Source: the human T2T-CHM13v2.0 reference genome, Homo sapiens
Reading direction: 5' to 3' (one strand)
Assembly (NCBI RefSeq): GCF_009914755.1
Contig: NC_060937.1
DNA length: 64,000 nucleotides
Numbering within the stretch: position 1 is the first letter of the stretch; each line of letters starts with the position of its first letter. Positions 44,785 through 57,849 of the stretch are shown in pieces. The position numbers and the translations under genes are program-made. The notes beneath the pieces are model-generated. The model saw only the letters and a program-made list of their open reading frames with translations. It was not told the DNA's origin and did not search any database.

Positions 44785-45084
44785 GGGCTTGCTTACTGTC
44801 CATAAGAAAAGATTCAGGTTCCAGCTTCAGAGTCCCCATCTTGTAACATATCCCAGTGCGGCTGCAGGTAATACCTGGGTTTCGTTGTGTCACTCTGTGT
44901 GGTCAGGGGCTTGAAGAATTAGGGCAATGCTGGTATTCAGACTGCCAGATTGCTGCGAGTAATAAAGTCTTTTGTCTCTGACACAGTAGTCTCCTATATT
45001 CTGTCAGCATCCATAAACCTTTAGCAGTTTAATTTATTAGGTTGCAAGTAGGGAAAAATCACAGACCCTTCACAGTTCTTGACA
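44560..45084 (+). mobile_element. ERVL-class LTR (MER74/MER73/MER54 group); 5' boundary uncertain
   Basis: GTAATAAAGTCTTTTGTCTCTGAC...GCAAGTAGGG...CAGACCCTTCACAGTTCTTGACA terminus. Confidence 0.65.
44724..44779. repeat. Pure (TC)n microsatellite, about 28 units
   Basis: Direct reading. Confidence 0.95.
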
Positions 45085-46123
45085 CAATTTCACTTTGAAC
45101 TGTCCTTACTCGTTTGTCAACTGTGTTTCACAAGCAGAAAAGCCTTAATTTATTTTGAAAATAGAACTATGCAATACTATTTAATTTGGTCAATTTAGCC
45201 AAAACAAGACCTAGTAAATTCATGCTCAATAATTTTTATTTGACATACTACTTTGATATTACTTTGCAAGATAAAACTTTTACCTAGAAAATGTTAGTTA
45301 ATAAAGATGCATATAGTTAATACAAAACATTAAAGATTAAAATTTACAAGGAATATAGTAAAATTATCCACTGACTTCAAATTGTTCAATCGTTTTTTAG
45401 ACCACTAGATTAATTTCTTAATTGTGTAATTTAAACATCAAACCCATATATTTTTCTAAAGATTAAGGATATACATTCTACCCTCAAATCTAAGGAAAAC
45501 CTGATGTTTATTAAATTAAAATTTATCCTCATCATAGTACAAATTTAAAAGCATGCTGAAAATAATATAATAAAACTACTACAATGTGCCTTTTTCCAGT
45601 TTAAATAAATATTATTTTGATACACTTAAAGTCTTACAGGGTAGTCTTAAGAAGAGGTGTCAATGCAAGTACAGCCTTCTCATTTAAAGATTGCTGGTTG
45701 AGAAACTTCGCTGTGACAAGTACTTAGCAAAGCAGTCATTATTAAATCTGGTTTCTGGGTTCAATCAATAGCCATTGATAAAATGCCTTCAAAAGAACAT
45801 GTATCATTTTGTGCAATTTTGAAAGTGCTACTTTTGATAATGTAACAGTGTCCTTAACCTTTTTGGAGGAAAAACTAAGTGCATTATTGTCCTTATAATG
45901 ACAGCAATGGCAATTATTAAACTGTATTTCTAGAAGAGCAAACTTATTTTTTTTTCATTGACATCTCAGTATCAACACAATTACTTTGCTTTGGAGGAAA
46001 TGAAAGATGACTTTAGAATATCAGAGCCTGTATATAGTTCATCTCTGATAAGGGCTTTTTCTTTTAGGACTTAATACTAAGGACACTGGTTTGGAGCATT
46101 TTTAAGAACTCTCTTGGAAAATT

Positions 46124-46166
<43 letters not shown>
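46124..46166. repeat. (CA)n(GA)n compound microsatellite
   Basis: Direct reading. Confidence 0.95.
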
Positions 46167-46171
<5 letters not shown>

Positions 46172-47929
46172 GGTCTTCTAAAGAGCTCGATGTATACTGG
46201 TTAACTATACTAATAATTAAAGACACAAATTGTATGGGCAAAAACAGCCACAGCTGAAATATATTAAGCTTCATATTAAAAACTATATGTGGAACCAATA
46301 CCTTTCTAAATTCTTCAGTAAACACATAGATGCTATGGAATGAAACAAAAGAGTAAAGATAGTTCTGAAATTGTATATAATAATATCACATTCTCTTTTT
46401 TTGGTATATGTATGTTTTATATAAAGCTTTATAGTCCATATTATGTATGTTATTTTTTTTTATACTTCTCTATAAATCTATATGATAATGCAGTAATGCA
46501 AAAACAAAATATAACGTTTGCTAATTAGTTTAAAATTTTGTATGAGTCTAGTCCTGAAAATTGTGTTTTGATAACAAAACATATCCAAAAAAATTCAACT
46601 TAGCCACTCCATCAGTCATTTCGTATATAAATAAATAAACTCTGCGTGCATATACATAATTGTAAAGTTTAATAGAAAAATCAATTGGGAGAAGGAGGCT
46701 AGAGGAATGTGAGTCTTGAGTTTTATGACAGAAAAATTCAAGATCAATTATGCTGAAGACCCACACATAATGTTTTTGTTTTACCTTCTCATGTTATTTT
46801 TGATGCTGATTGCATTTGGCCTAAATGCACAGATTCTTAATTAGGGTCTTACTATTTTAGGTAGTTTCCTAGATTTTTTTTCTTTATCCCATTTTCCCAG
46901 ATTTGTGAAAAAGAAAAATGCAGCTGAGTTTAATACTCAGGTGATGTAAAAGCAATTGGCATATCAACTATAAAAAACAAAGTTTTCCTCAGCATTTAAT
47001 TTGCTAGATAATTAGCTAGATTGAATTTATTCAAATAATATAAATTCCTGTTTTTGACTTCCAACTTTTCAGCCAGTTCTAGCTAGGTGAGAAAGAGTGA
47101 AGAGGTTCACTAAATATAAGCATGGCATTATTTTTTAGAAAGGTAATCTAGTGCAATGATTATATATTTGGTATGAGGCTTTGGCATCAAACAGATATAA
47201 GTGAATCTAAATCCCGGCTCTGCCACTCATCATCTGTGTCAATAGGAAGTTACTCAACTTCTCTAAGATTCAAGGGAAAAAATAAACTATTTAAAATCAA
47301 TACTGCCTGTAGGCCCTTCTGCCATTAGGAAGTCGTCAGACTGGGAGTGGGAGGCATCATTCATATTAAGGGGGAAATAAATTTCTAAACTGCTTCATTT
47401 AACTTACCTTGGCTGAGAGAGAATGGGATAAGAGAAAGCTGACCTTTCATAATCTTTTTCAGTTCTTCTCTGATGCGTCTAACATGGCACTCAGAGTAGA
47501 TGACTGTGTCTTCAACAAGAACGTAAACACATTTTTTGGATATGCAAATGATAGTCCAGATCCTAACTAGGAGTAGAAATGTGAATTGTGCTGCCTGATC
47601 TCAGGACTTTAGATTTCACAAGAAAGCCCCAATGAAGCAGTTTATATAAAAGTTTATGAACTTTTATATAAACTCCCAAAGTGAGAGAAACCTGAGATTT
47701 AAAGTGAGTTAAGGGATGAAGCAGCAAGTTGGGAAGAGTAAATTTTAAAGTGTCTAGAAAATAAGATGCTCCAAGAGGAATTTGGGATAATCAGACACCA
47801 TGTAGAGACAGAGATGTCTCATAGCTAATTTTTAAATTGATGTCCTAATTTTCTGCTATACAAACATCCTCTAAAACCAAGGTAAATCCATTTTGTATAA
47901 GTACTCTGTAAACTTGCACCTGTTGCTCT

Positions 47930-48340
47930 TGCCTCCAACTGTCCTTGGAGGACAGTTCTGAGTGAGCCTAGACAGATTGACCAGTGCCCCTCTGCAAGAT
48001 TGCACCCCCTTCCTGGGCATTCTGCCCCAGGGCCTTCTCAAATGCCACAACAGCCTGTTCATCCCAATATAATCCAGATCAGAATTCAGGAGAGTGTGCA
48101 CAGCCACTTCAACCTTCAGCCAATGCGGGCAGAAGATGGCAAATATATGCTCAGACTCCTGTCTTGAAAAAGGACCACTCTGGCAGACATTCTGCATGCT
48201 GCCTGGGAAGCTCTCGTAGGGTGGAGCCCTGGCTGCTCACAACAGAGGCATCAATAGCACATCCCATGGGGGCCTGTCATCCTTTCTGACTCCCACTCCT
48301 CTCACCACCTCAAAACCCCTCTACCAAGGCTTTGTCTGTC
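47930..48340 (+). mobile_element. LTR16-like ERVL LTR remnant
   Basis: GACCACTCTGGCAGACATTCTGCATGCTG...GGGTGGAGCCCTGGCTGCTCACAAC in a GC-richer island. Confidence 0.6.
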
Positions 48341-49445
48341 CATGACTTTGCTTTCAACAAACCAAGATGCTTTATGGAAACTGATTTATGGGACAAACAA
48401 GGGGAAGGAAGCTATCTCTACCTGAGCCAGCACAGAGCTGAGAGGGCCAGCAGGCTGTGGAAGAGAGGAAGCTGAGCAGAAACACAGACTCCATGCTGGG
48501 TTCGTGAGGAGCATGATAATTCCTGTGTGAAGTAGGGCAAGAAGCTTCTGTCAATCTTTTTTTTTTTTTTGAGTCAATTTTATTTATATCTCAAATGACA
48601 GTGCAATCTTAGTTAACAAATACTTAAATAGTAGGTGCATAATACATAGAGAAAGTAACTTAATAAAGCTGATAAGAATTTTATATTCTGAACCAGTTTA
48701 TTACAGTCAAGATCTTCAGTTTCAGTTTAGCTTTGATGAATATCAGGTCCATGGATATTGGGCATAACTTTTAGTGAAGTATCCAACGATTGACAAGTGG
48801 CACATTTTGAATCTCAGAGACATTGTATGAGTTGGTAACAAACTATTTCTGAAAACTTATTTCCTAAAACTCACATTCACATACTATATACTTCAGTCAA
48901 ATTATTACCTATATACACCTTGCATTTTACCATTCTCTATATTGAAATAGCCTTCATTCTCATCTGTCCTTTCCCCAATGCCTATACGTATTTCAAGCCC
49001 TGTCTGGAGCAGTACATGGCCCGTGAAATCTTCCTGAGCCATACCAGATTGTATCTAAAAGTTTCATGATAGTCACTCTCTGTTATCTCTTGATATATTT
49101 GTTAATATTTTTCACTTTCCATGTCACAGGATGCTATTTATGCTTCATTTATCTTTTATTTACATATTTTGGGGTTTTGGTAAAGAGTCCAAAATTAGAC
49201 TTGATCAACTTCTTAGTCCCATTCAAAATGCTGGACATAGTTTTAAAACAAAGGATGTTGCCATCAGCTTTCTCATTAACCTCCAAAATTCTATGTGTCC
49301 CATTCCACAATCCATTCTTTCAAACATTAGCAATGACAACACATCTTATTCTGAAACTGAATTCTGACACTTGTTCCTAAAACAAATACCTACCTGTCAT
49401 CAACATTCCACTTTCACCCAGGTTTTTCTATCTCTTCGTATTTGC

Positions 49446-49573
49446 AGGGTTGTGATGTGTACCAGTTTGGCCAGAGCATCTCCAGTTTAAGCCTGTTGTA
49501 CTGATTACTTACAGCATCTGCTGCTACTCTCAAAAGTTTCCAGGTTTGGAGGATACATTATATAGCCACCTTA
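49446..49573 (-). mobile_element. MER94-like hAT-Blackjack MITE
   Basis: AGGGT...CCAGTTTAAGCCTGTTGT...CTCTCAAAAGTTTCCAGGTTTGGA...ATTATATAGCCACCTT. Confidence 0.65.
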
Positions 49574-50807
49574 TCTATACAGCTTGCAATGAATTTCTGC
49601 TTTCCCTTCTCATCTGTGCTTAACCTATTCTCACACTGCACTGCGTATTTTACATCCACTATTTCAGAATATACAATAATTTTTGCAAGTGAAGGAAATT
49701 GTCACATAAAATGATGTAACATAGTCAGTTTGCTCTGGGCGTAGAGAAAGACTTTTCCGTGACCAACATTATAAATATCTGAGCAGTATTAACTTTGAAA
49801 AGCAGACACAAACTAGAATGGGTAGGGAGAGAGATTGCATTTGGCACAGCTTCAAAAACATCATTTCAGAAAGAAAAATCCAATTCAATTTTCAGAATGA
49901 CTGGTTAAACCAATTCATGACAGGTCTATATAATCAATATCTACTGCTACTTACCTTGGCAGCATTCCTGGAGAGATCATTTTCCTAAATTGTCCTCTTC
50001 TCAGCCACTTTCCGTTGTGTTTTATGCAAATTATTTTGGCTTGTCTACTGTATTTCTTTCTTTTTTTTGTTTCCACTGCAATAAAGAACTTAAGCAACGT
50101 ATTACATTGCATATGAAATAATAGGTATTTTTAATCCCTATATGCATTTTATTTATTTGTGTAGTCAATTTTAATATTACTCTAAACTATCAGAGATGGG
50201 TCAAAATATTTTCCCATCTTCAAACTGTCTTGTAGATAATTCTAACCCAATGCGAAAAACTGAGTGTTTCTATCTCTGTTATCAACCCCACTTTTACAAG
50301 TTGTCATGCACCCTCCTGCCTTACGACGTTTCCCTTGAAGAAATCAGTGTTTTCCCAGCCAGCAAAGTCTTTGGCAGCAGATATAGCCACTGCATAGAAA
50401 ACTGGTAATCCTCTCCAAAATACACATCTGACGAGGGCTCTCTGTCAAAGGATAAGCACCCAGTTAATTTGGGACTTAAGAGAAGTGGATCAGGAACCAC
50501 TTTCCCTTCTCCACTTAAATATCCCCTCATACCTCTCAATAGCTTCCCATTGCTATGAGAGCAAAATCTAAACCTAGAACTATGACTGACAAGTCCCTGC
50601 CTGGCCTGGCTGCAGCCCACCTCTCCAGCCCCGTCTCACCTATTCTCCCCATCATCTGCCATGTTCCAGCTACACGGGCCTCAAGTAAAGCATAACACTG
50701 GATAAGTTCTCCAATTTATGAGACTCTGATCTGACCATTCCATCATGTATGTTAGCTCAGTTGTGTATTAGAATCCCATGGGGAGTTAAAAAAAATACTA
50801 ATGCCCA

Positions 50808-51712
50808 AGAATTATTCTAATATGGGGGAGAGGGGGAAAAGAGATGCCGAAGTTTGTTTTTCTCTTACTTTAATCCTGGGCTGTGAAAATGAAAATATAA
50901 CCAAAAAGCTTCAAATGATACCCAGTTGTAATGGGTTGAATAGTGGTCCCCAAAAAGATATTCCTAATCGCTGCAAACTATTGACTTAGTCATCTAGTGA
51001 TGACATAACAAAATGCCATTCACTGGATGGCTTAAACAAAAGAAATTTATTTTTTCACAGTTTGGGAGGCTGGAAATTCCAAAAGCAGATGCCAGCAGAT
51101 TCAGTTCCTGGAAAGGACACTCTTCCTGGCTTGCAGACAGCTGCCTTCTAGATGTGTCCTCACATGGCAGACAGAGACAGAGAAAGGGAGAGCAAGCTCT
51201 GGTATCTCTTTTTATAGGGGCACTAATCCTATAATGAAGGGCCCACCTCATAATCTCATCTAAACCTAAGTACTTCCCAAAGACCCCAGATCCAAACACC
51301 ATCGCACTGGGGCTTAGGGCATCAACGTATGAATTTGAAGGAGGAGAAAAATTCAGCCTACAGCCTCGGTGAATATCACCTAATTTGCCAAAAGGGTCTT
51401 TGCAGATGTTAAATTAAGGATCTTGAGAAAAGATTTTCCTGGATAATCTGAGTGGGCCCTAAATCCAATGACAAGTGTCCTTATAAAAGAAAGGCAGAGG
51501 GAGATTAAACACACAGAAGAGAAGGCTTGTAAACACAGAAGGAGAGGTTGGAATTATGCAGCCCCAGTAGCCCACAGAAGCTGGAGGAAGCATGGAATAA
51601 TTCTCCCTCAGACCTATCAGAGGGAATGCAGCCCTGCCAACACCTTGATTTTAGACTTCTGCTGTCCAAAACTGAGAGACAATAAATTTCTGTTGTCTTA
51701 AGCCAAAAAAAA
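50808..51712 (+). pseudogene. L1-mediated retrocopy of a non-coding, MLT1-terminated transcript
   Basis: TSD AAAAAAAATACTAATGCCCA (50788-50807 and 51713-51732), TT/AAAA target site, AATAAA at 51681 and an A run from 51705. Confidence 0.75.
50927..51704 (+). mobile_element. MLT1C-like LTR truncated at its poly(A) site, with a nested antisense MLT1A-like LTR (~50980-51363)
   Basis: TGTAATGGGTTGAATAGTGGTCCCC...GGGTCTTTGCAGATG...CCCTGCCAACACCTTGATTTT. The nested piece has TCTTCCTGGCTTGCAGACAGCTGCCTTCT. Confidence 0.85.
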
Positions 51713-53009
51713 AAAAAAAATACTAATGCCCATGTTCTATCCCGAACCAATTAAATTGGTGTCTTCTGGAAGTGAAGCCCTGGCACTGCTATTATTTCAA
51801 GCTCCTGAGATAGTAACTCTGCCATGTAATCAAGTTTGAGAAGAGCTAAACTAAATAGCTATTCCTTCCAGAGATATTTTCATTTTAATTAGGGTTTCTT
51901 CCTTCTAAACAAAAACAATCTTGACCTTCTACATAAATATTGTCCAATATCAGATGTTTTATACCAGAGAATATATTGAAAATTAGGTATAGTGACAATA
52001 TATATTAGAGACTTACGTTTCATTTAAAATCTGTTGTCACTTCTATTATGATGGGAAAAGATTTTTTTTTACTTGAAAGATAGACTGAAGTCACTATGGA
52101 ACAATGCAACAATTTTACCTCTTTATTTTGCACTATAAATAATAATTCAAAGTTATCTTGTATAGTAACATCAAAAAGCTGGGTGTTTTCTTTCTTTTGT
52201 GTTATAATTTCCTGTAATTGGTTCCTATTTTCATACTGATCAATAGTGAATAAATCTAGCCATACCGTGTGAAATAAAGAAGCAAAATAATCATAATATA
52301 ACAGATAAATACAGACAGTTCATCTAACCCCAATCCTTTCTTTTTAACCTGCCATCAGAAGGAAGTGCAGAAGGTCACCTCTTCATCTCTATTTCTTAAG
52401 AAAAGAATTAGTCATACATATTGTTAAATTGGCTTCATCCTCAAAAAATAAATGAGAGATGAACTGCATTGAGCAAAGGTACATCACTACACTCAGAAAG
52501 CCATTTGCTTGCAAGAGGAAATTAATGTAAAGCAGTCTTAAAACATTGCATGACATTAAATATCTATAATCACTTTATTCTGCTTAAGTTGTATGATGTG
52601 TTCAGCCAGCATTCTCCTTCTATAATATCTCCCTAGGAAAACTCATCTTCTTTCACAACTGCAGGGATCCCTTAGAAACTAATAGCTCTCAAATCCCCAT
52701 CTCTATCGCTGACATCCCTCCTAAGCTCCAGAGGCCATATGGTGCAGTAGCTAAGTATGAATATAGAGGCTTTGGAAGCAGAGTGTCTACAGGCAACTCC
52801 CAGCCAACACTCTTAAGCCAAATTATTTATCTTAAATAAGTTTCACTTTCATCATTGTTAAGTTGAGAAAAATGCATACATCCCAATGCCTGGCAAGGAG
52901 GAAGTACTTGATAAATGTAATATTGACTATAATTATTATCATTAGGCCTAACCACACAGATGTCCCAGGGAGTCATTTCATATTCTCCCTTCTCCCTAAT
53001 TTCCCATTT

Positions 53010-53861
53010 ACTTTTTTTGGCTTTATTGAAGTAGAATTGGCAAATAAAATTGTATATATTTAAAGTGTACAACATGATGATTTGATATATGTATGCATCC
53101 AAAATGATTAGCACGATCATTTTAATTAATTTATCCATCACTTCAAATAGATAGATAGATGATAGCTAGAAAGATAATAGAAATTGATGTTTACTAATCA
53201 ACTTTTAGTTTATTTTACAAAAGCATTTCAATTAATTGCATTAATGTTAATATCTGATTGTCTTAGCAATTTTCAGGCAGACAATTCAATGTTATTAATT
53301 ATAGTCACCAAGTTGTACACCAGAACCTCCAAGTGTATTTAACTAAAAGTTTGTACTCTTTAACCAACATTTCCCCACTCCCTAGCCATTGGCAAGCACC
53401 ATTCTACTCTGTTTTTCTATGAGTTCTACTTTTTAAAAATTCCACAAATGTGGTAGATAGATGATAGATAGATAGATACATAGATAGATATGCAGACATA
53501 GACACAGATATAGATATAGATACAGATATAGATACAGATATAGATATAGATATAGATAGATATAGATACCAAGCATGATCCAACCTCACTGTCTTCGCTT
53601 GTGCTCTACTGTTTACCTGACCCACTCTTTCCTTCAGATAACTGCATCGCCCATTCATTATTTCCTTTTGTTCTTTGTTCAAATGTTATCTCTAGTGTAG
53701 GTGTATAGATTTATACACACACACACACACACAATGGAATATATCCAGCCATAAAAAAGAAGGAAGTGTTAACATTTATAACAACTTGGATGAACTTAGA
53801 GGGCATTTGCAAAAGTGAAATAAGCCAGACAGAGAAAGCCAAATACTGTGTGGCACCACTT
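53010..53861 (-). mobile_element. L1MA (MA9/10-like) 3' end with an inverted 5' portion (53447-53861 on +) and captured inserts
   Basis: The antisense 3'UTR runs to TTCCACA (~53447). The adjoining upstream L1 sequence (AATGTGGTA..CACAATGGAATA...CCACTTA) is on the + strand. Confidence 0.75.
53454..53567. repeat. (GATA)n/(TAGATA)n microsatellite
   Basis: Direct reading. Confidence 0.92.
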
Positions 53862-56349
53862 AATTTTAGTTGTCTTATCCTGTTGTTCTACCTCTGCAGA
53901 GACTCATTAATTTTCGTCCATCCTTGTTCACATGACCTGAATTCAGGTTATCATCTATTTGATATTGCGACCTCCTTATAACTGGTCTCTTAGGCTCCAA
54001 ACTCTTGACCTTACATTGCTGCCTAATTTCTTCCAGCAACACAGATCTGAACTGAAAGTGTCCCTGCAACACACTCAAGTGCCTTACTTAATATAACATT
54101 CAAAGACTTTTAAAATCAGTCTCCAGCCAACCTGCCCACACTCATCTTCCCTACACTCCTCTTAGGAGGCTCTCAATCTCACTCTAATTATGACAAATGA
54201 TACTAGTGAGTCAACCACTCTTGTGGAAATTCTCAAAAATAAATGTAATTATCTGACCACTGCCTGTAATTCTACCCTCCAAGCAAACAAGGAAGAATGC
54301 AAGTAAGAGTAAAATTATTAAATATGTGTATGTATGTATGTTATATACATATATACATATAATCTTAATGTGTTTCTAATTCATAACTCTTAAAACAAAT
54401 TATGTGTAAACTCTGGTACTTTATAATTTGTTTCAAAACGATTACTAGACTTGTACCTCTTAACCAATAAGCTTTTGGATGACTATGTTATAGATGGGTA
54501 ATGATGGCCAACAAATTAAATTGAAATTAAGCCAAAAATGCCACTGTGATTCATTCCAGTGTACCTTTACTCTTTCAGCACTCTCACCAAAACACCTTAT
54601 ACAGGACTCCACTACCTCCCATTTCTTGAATACCAAAGCACATGGTGTTCCCTTTGTTTCCTAGGCTTATTGCCTCGTCTACTTGGTAGATCTACTCATC
54701 CTGCCACTCTCGATTTAAATAATACTTTCCTGTCTCTCTACCTTTTATTTTAGGTTCAGGGGATACATATGCAGATTTATTACATGAGTAAATTGTGTGT
54801 CACTGAAAAAAATTAAAGGGAATGGAATATTGAAAATAAATAAATAAACAAATAAATATTATGCATTCTTTGAATGCTCCTTGACCCCCTGGAAGATTAG
54901 GTGCATGCTCCTTCATATATCTGAACTCAAGATGGCCTGAAAACTGTGCTGAAATTCTGAGATTCAGTTCCAGGCTCAGGTTGGATGGATCCCTAAGCTG
55001 CAAATTGCAGCATCAAGGTTAATCCAAGAAAAACAGCATAGGAAAGGAAATGATATTTCACAAAACCGAAGTGACTGCAGAGAGAAAGTCTAGGTATAAG
55101 GCAACTGAATAGAAATCACAACTTCAAGTCAGACAAATAGTGATTAGAATATACACAGGAAGACTGAACCTGCAAAAATTATTTAAGGTGCCAGATTATA
55201 ACCAACACCTCTTTTTATAGGTCATAGGAACCCTCAGCCTAGAATGGAAGAGAAGCTCTCAGAGGCCACCCTGGAACACCACTGCAATCTATACATTCCC
55301 ATTTTATGAAAACTTACAATATTTTTTCTGAGAAAAACTGGTAATAGAGAAAAAATTCTCTAAGTGAAAGAATTAAATGTATGTGGAGGAACAGTGAAAA
55401 GGAAAATAAAAGTTAACGTTAATATACTGGCATGGAAAATGGGAAGACAGAAATATATGGGCTATCTTTAATTGCTAACATAATTTAGGCATGTTAATGT
55501 ATGTAAATTTCAACACAGTGTCAGGAACCACCTAGTATTTCTAACTTGAACCTGGAAAACTGTTTTTAAATGTTTCCAGGTAGAAAATGGTTTCTCCTAT
55601 TATAGAGCCTATCCAATTTTTCCATGGTGATTCAAAACAGAGTTAATGTAAAAATTTCAAAACCAGGCCATAATGAGGCAAATTTTAATTGAAACACCAG
55701 AAAGGCAACTCTGCTTCCCAGTGGCAAACATTTCCTTACATTAAAAAATCCAATTTCTATCAATTTCAAATGCAGTGATCTCTGTTAATATTATTCTTTA
55801 TATTATTTTAAGTAAATATAAAAGGTTTACATAAAAATTTCATGTTGTCAAATAAATATCAACCTCATCAGAAGAAATAAAGAAACAAACCCTACATATG
55901 ATATGCATATATTGATTAGAAAGATAGATGATAGCTAGACAGATGATAGAGATTGATGTTTACTAACCAACTTTTAGTTTATTTTACAAAAACATTTCAA
56001 TTAATTGCATTAATGTTAATATCTCAGTTGATTCCTTTAGTAAAAAGTAATTTATGCTTCTACTGAACACAAAGGTGGCAGCAAGAGGAGCCTGGAATCT
56101 GTCTTGTGCTTTCCCAGCCAAATCACGTGCCCTAGCTCATGGCTCCATTCTGGAAGAAACAGCATCGTTTTCTATTTCACACCAAGGCTTACGGCAGATT
56201 CTATAGTTCTCTGAAGACACAAGTGTCTGTGTTCCTTTGAATACAAAACCAAATACATCACGTAACACCTGATGTGTGATACCCCCTAGCACTGAGAGGA
56301 AATATTCAGTCACTCACCCACGCATGCGTGCATGTATGCATGCATAGAA

Positions 56350-56845
56350 CACATGTTAATTAAGTCCCTATTCTGTGCCAGGGCTCATCCAGGTATTAGC
56401 AACGCAGCCCAGAGAAATCAGGAAATCTCTGTTCTCACAGAGCTTACATTCTAGTGAGGAGAGACAGAGTGTAAACAGGTTAAATCAGTAAAACACAAAG
56501 TAGCAGCCAGAGAACATAAACATAAACCAGCAAAAGAAATGATAAGGAGGAATATAAAGAGACCCATAAATAATAAGGGAAACAATTAAACTAGTTTTGC
56601 TAGGGCACGTGACTTGGCTGGGGAATAAAGTAAGAAAAGGGGATAAAATATAGAGAGGTTGGGGATGGGATTATAATATTAGAAAGGGTGGCCACAGAAG
56701 ACCTACACCAAAGATAACATTTGAACAAAGACCAAAAGGAGACAATGAATGGGGCATGCAGTCATCTGGAGAAAAGAGCAGGCCAGGTAGAAAATAGAGC
56801 ACATGCAAAGACCATGAGGTGTGATTATGCTTGGTGAGCTGGACA
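56350..56845 (-). mobile_element. L2 fragment
   Basis: GTTCTCACAGAGCTTACATTCTAGTGAGGAGAGACAG; AACATTTGAACAAAGACC. Confidence 0.75.
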
Positions 56846-56967
56846 GTTAGTACTACCAGATGTATGTAATGCTTACAAATATACAAGGCACTGCTCTGAA
56901 CATTTTACACAGAAAAATCCATTCAGTCCTCACAACTTATTATATAGAGGTTAGCATTATCCCCATT

Positions 56968-57377
56968 TGATATGATTTGAATGTGTGTCCCCTCCAAATC
57001 TCATGGCGAAATATGATTCCCAATGTTGGAGGTGGGTTCTGGTGGGAGGTGATTGGGTCATGGGGTGAATCCTTACGCATGGTTTAGAATCATCCCCTTG
57101 ATGATAAGTGAATTCCCGCTCAGTTAGTTCAAGAGAGATATGACTGTTGAAAAGAATCTGGAATCTTCCCTTTCTCTTTCTGTTGTTCCTGTTCTCACCA
57201 TGTGACCTCCTTGTTCTACCTTCAACTTCTGTCATAATTGTAAGCTCCCTGATGCCCTCACCAGAAACAGATGCGGGAGCCATGCTTGTACAGCCTGCAT
57301 AACCATAAATCATTTTTCTTTATAAATTATCCAGTTTCAGGTATTTCTTTAAAACAATGCAAAAATGGTCCAACAAA
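56968..57377 (+). mobile_element. MSTB-like solo LTR inserted in a MIR
   Basis: TGATATGATTTGAATGTGTGTCCCC start, 5-bp TSD CCATT on both sides, and MIR core split around it. Confidence 0.9.
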
Positions 57378-57849
57378 CCATTTCATTGATGAGTAAAGTG
57401 AGACATGGTAGGTAGGTAACTTGCTCAAGTTCATGCAAGGAGTCAGTGGATGATTCGAGACCAGGCAGTTTGGCCCCAGGGTTTGTGCTCATAACCACTC
57501 TACTGTAGTGTGTCTTACTGATTTCATAATTTTTATTCCCAGTAAATGCAGATCATGGCTATATCTACATTAAAAAATAGAAAGGAAAAATGTTGATAAT
57601 CTTGTAAAATGTATTATTCCAAAGGGCCAACCCAGAAATTCCATAGCAAAGTTAGTATCCATCTACCTATTCCTGTGTAATAAGCATTTCTGCTTGCATA
57701 ACATAAGTTTTTCTCATTGGGTGAAGCATTTAAGTGCCATAAAATTCAAAAAGGAGTAACCTTAACAAATTGCTCAATTTCAATTATTATGACTCTAGGA
57801 CATAGCTAAATTAATTGCCTACTTTGAAAACATTAGACAGGTAAATAGC

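Larger units (their letters stand above)
50750..51845. mobile_element. MER5 (hAT-Charlie MITE) split by a retrocopy insertion
   Basis: TTAGAATCCCATGGGGAGTTAAAAAAAATACTAATGCCCA (to 50807) continues as TGTTCTATCCCGAACCAATTAAAT...GTTTGAGAA (from 51733). Confidence 0.7.
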
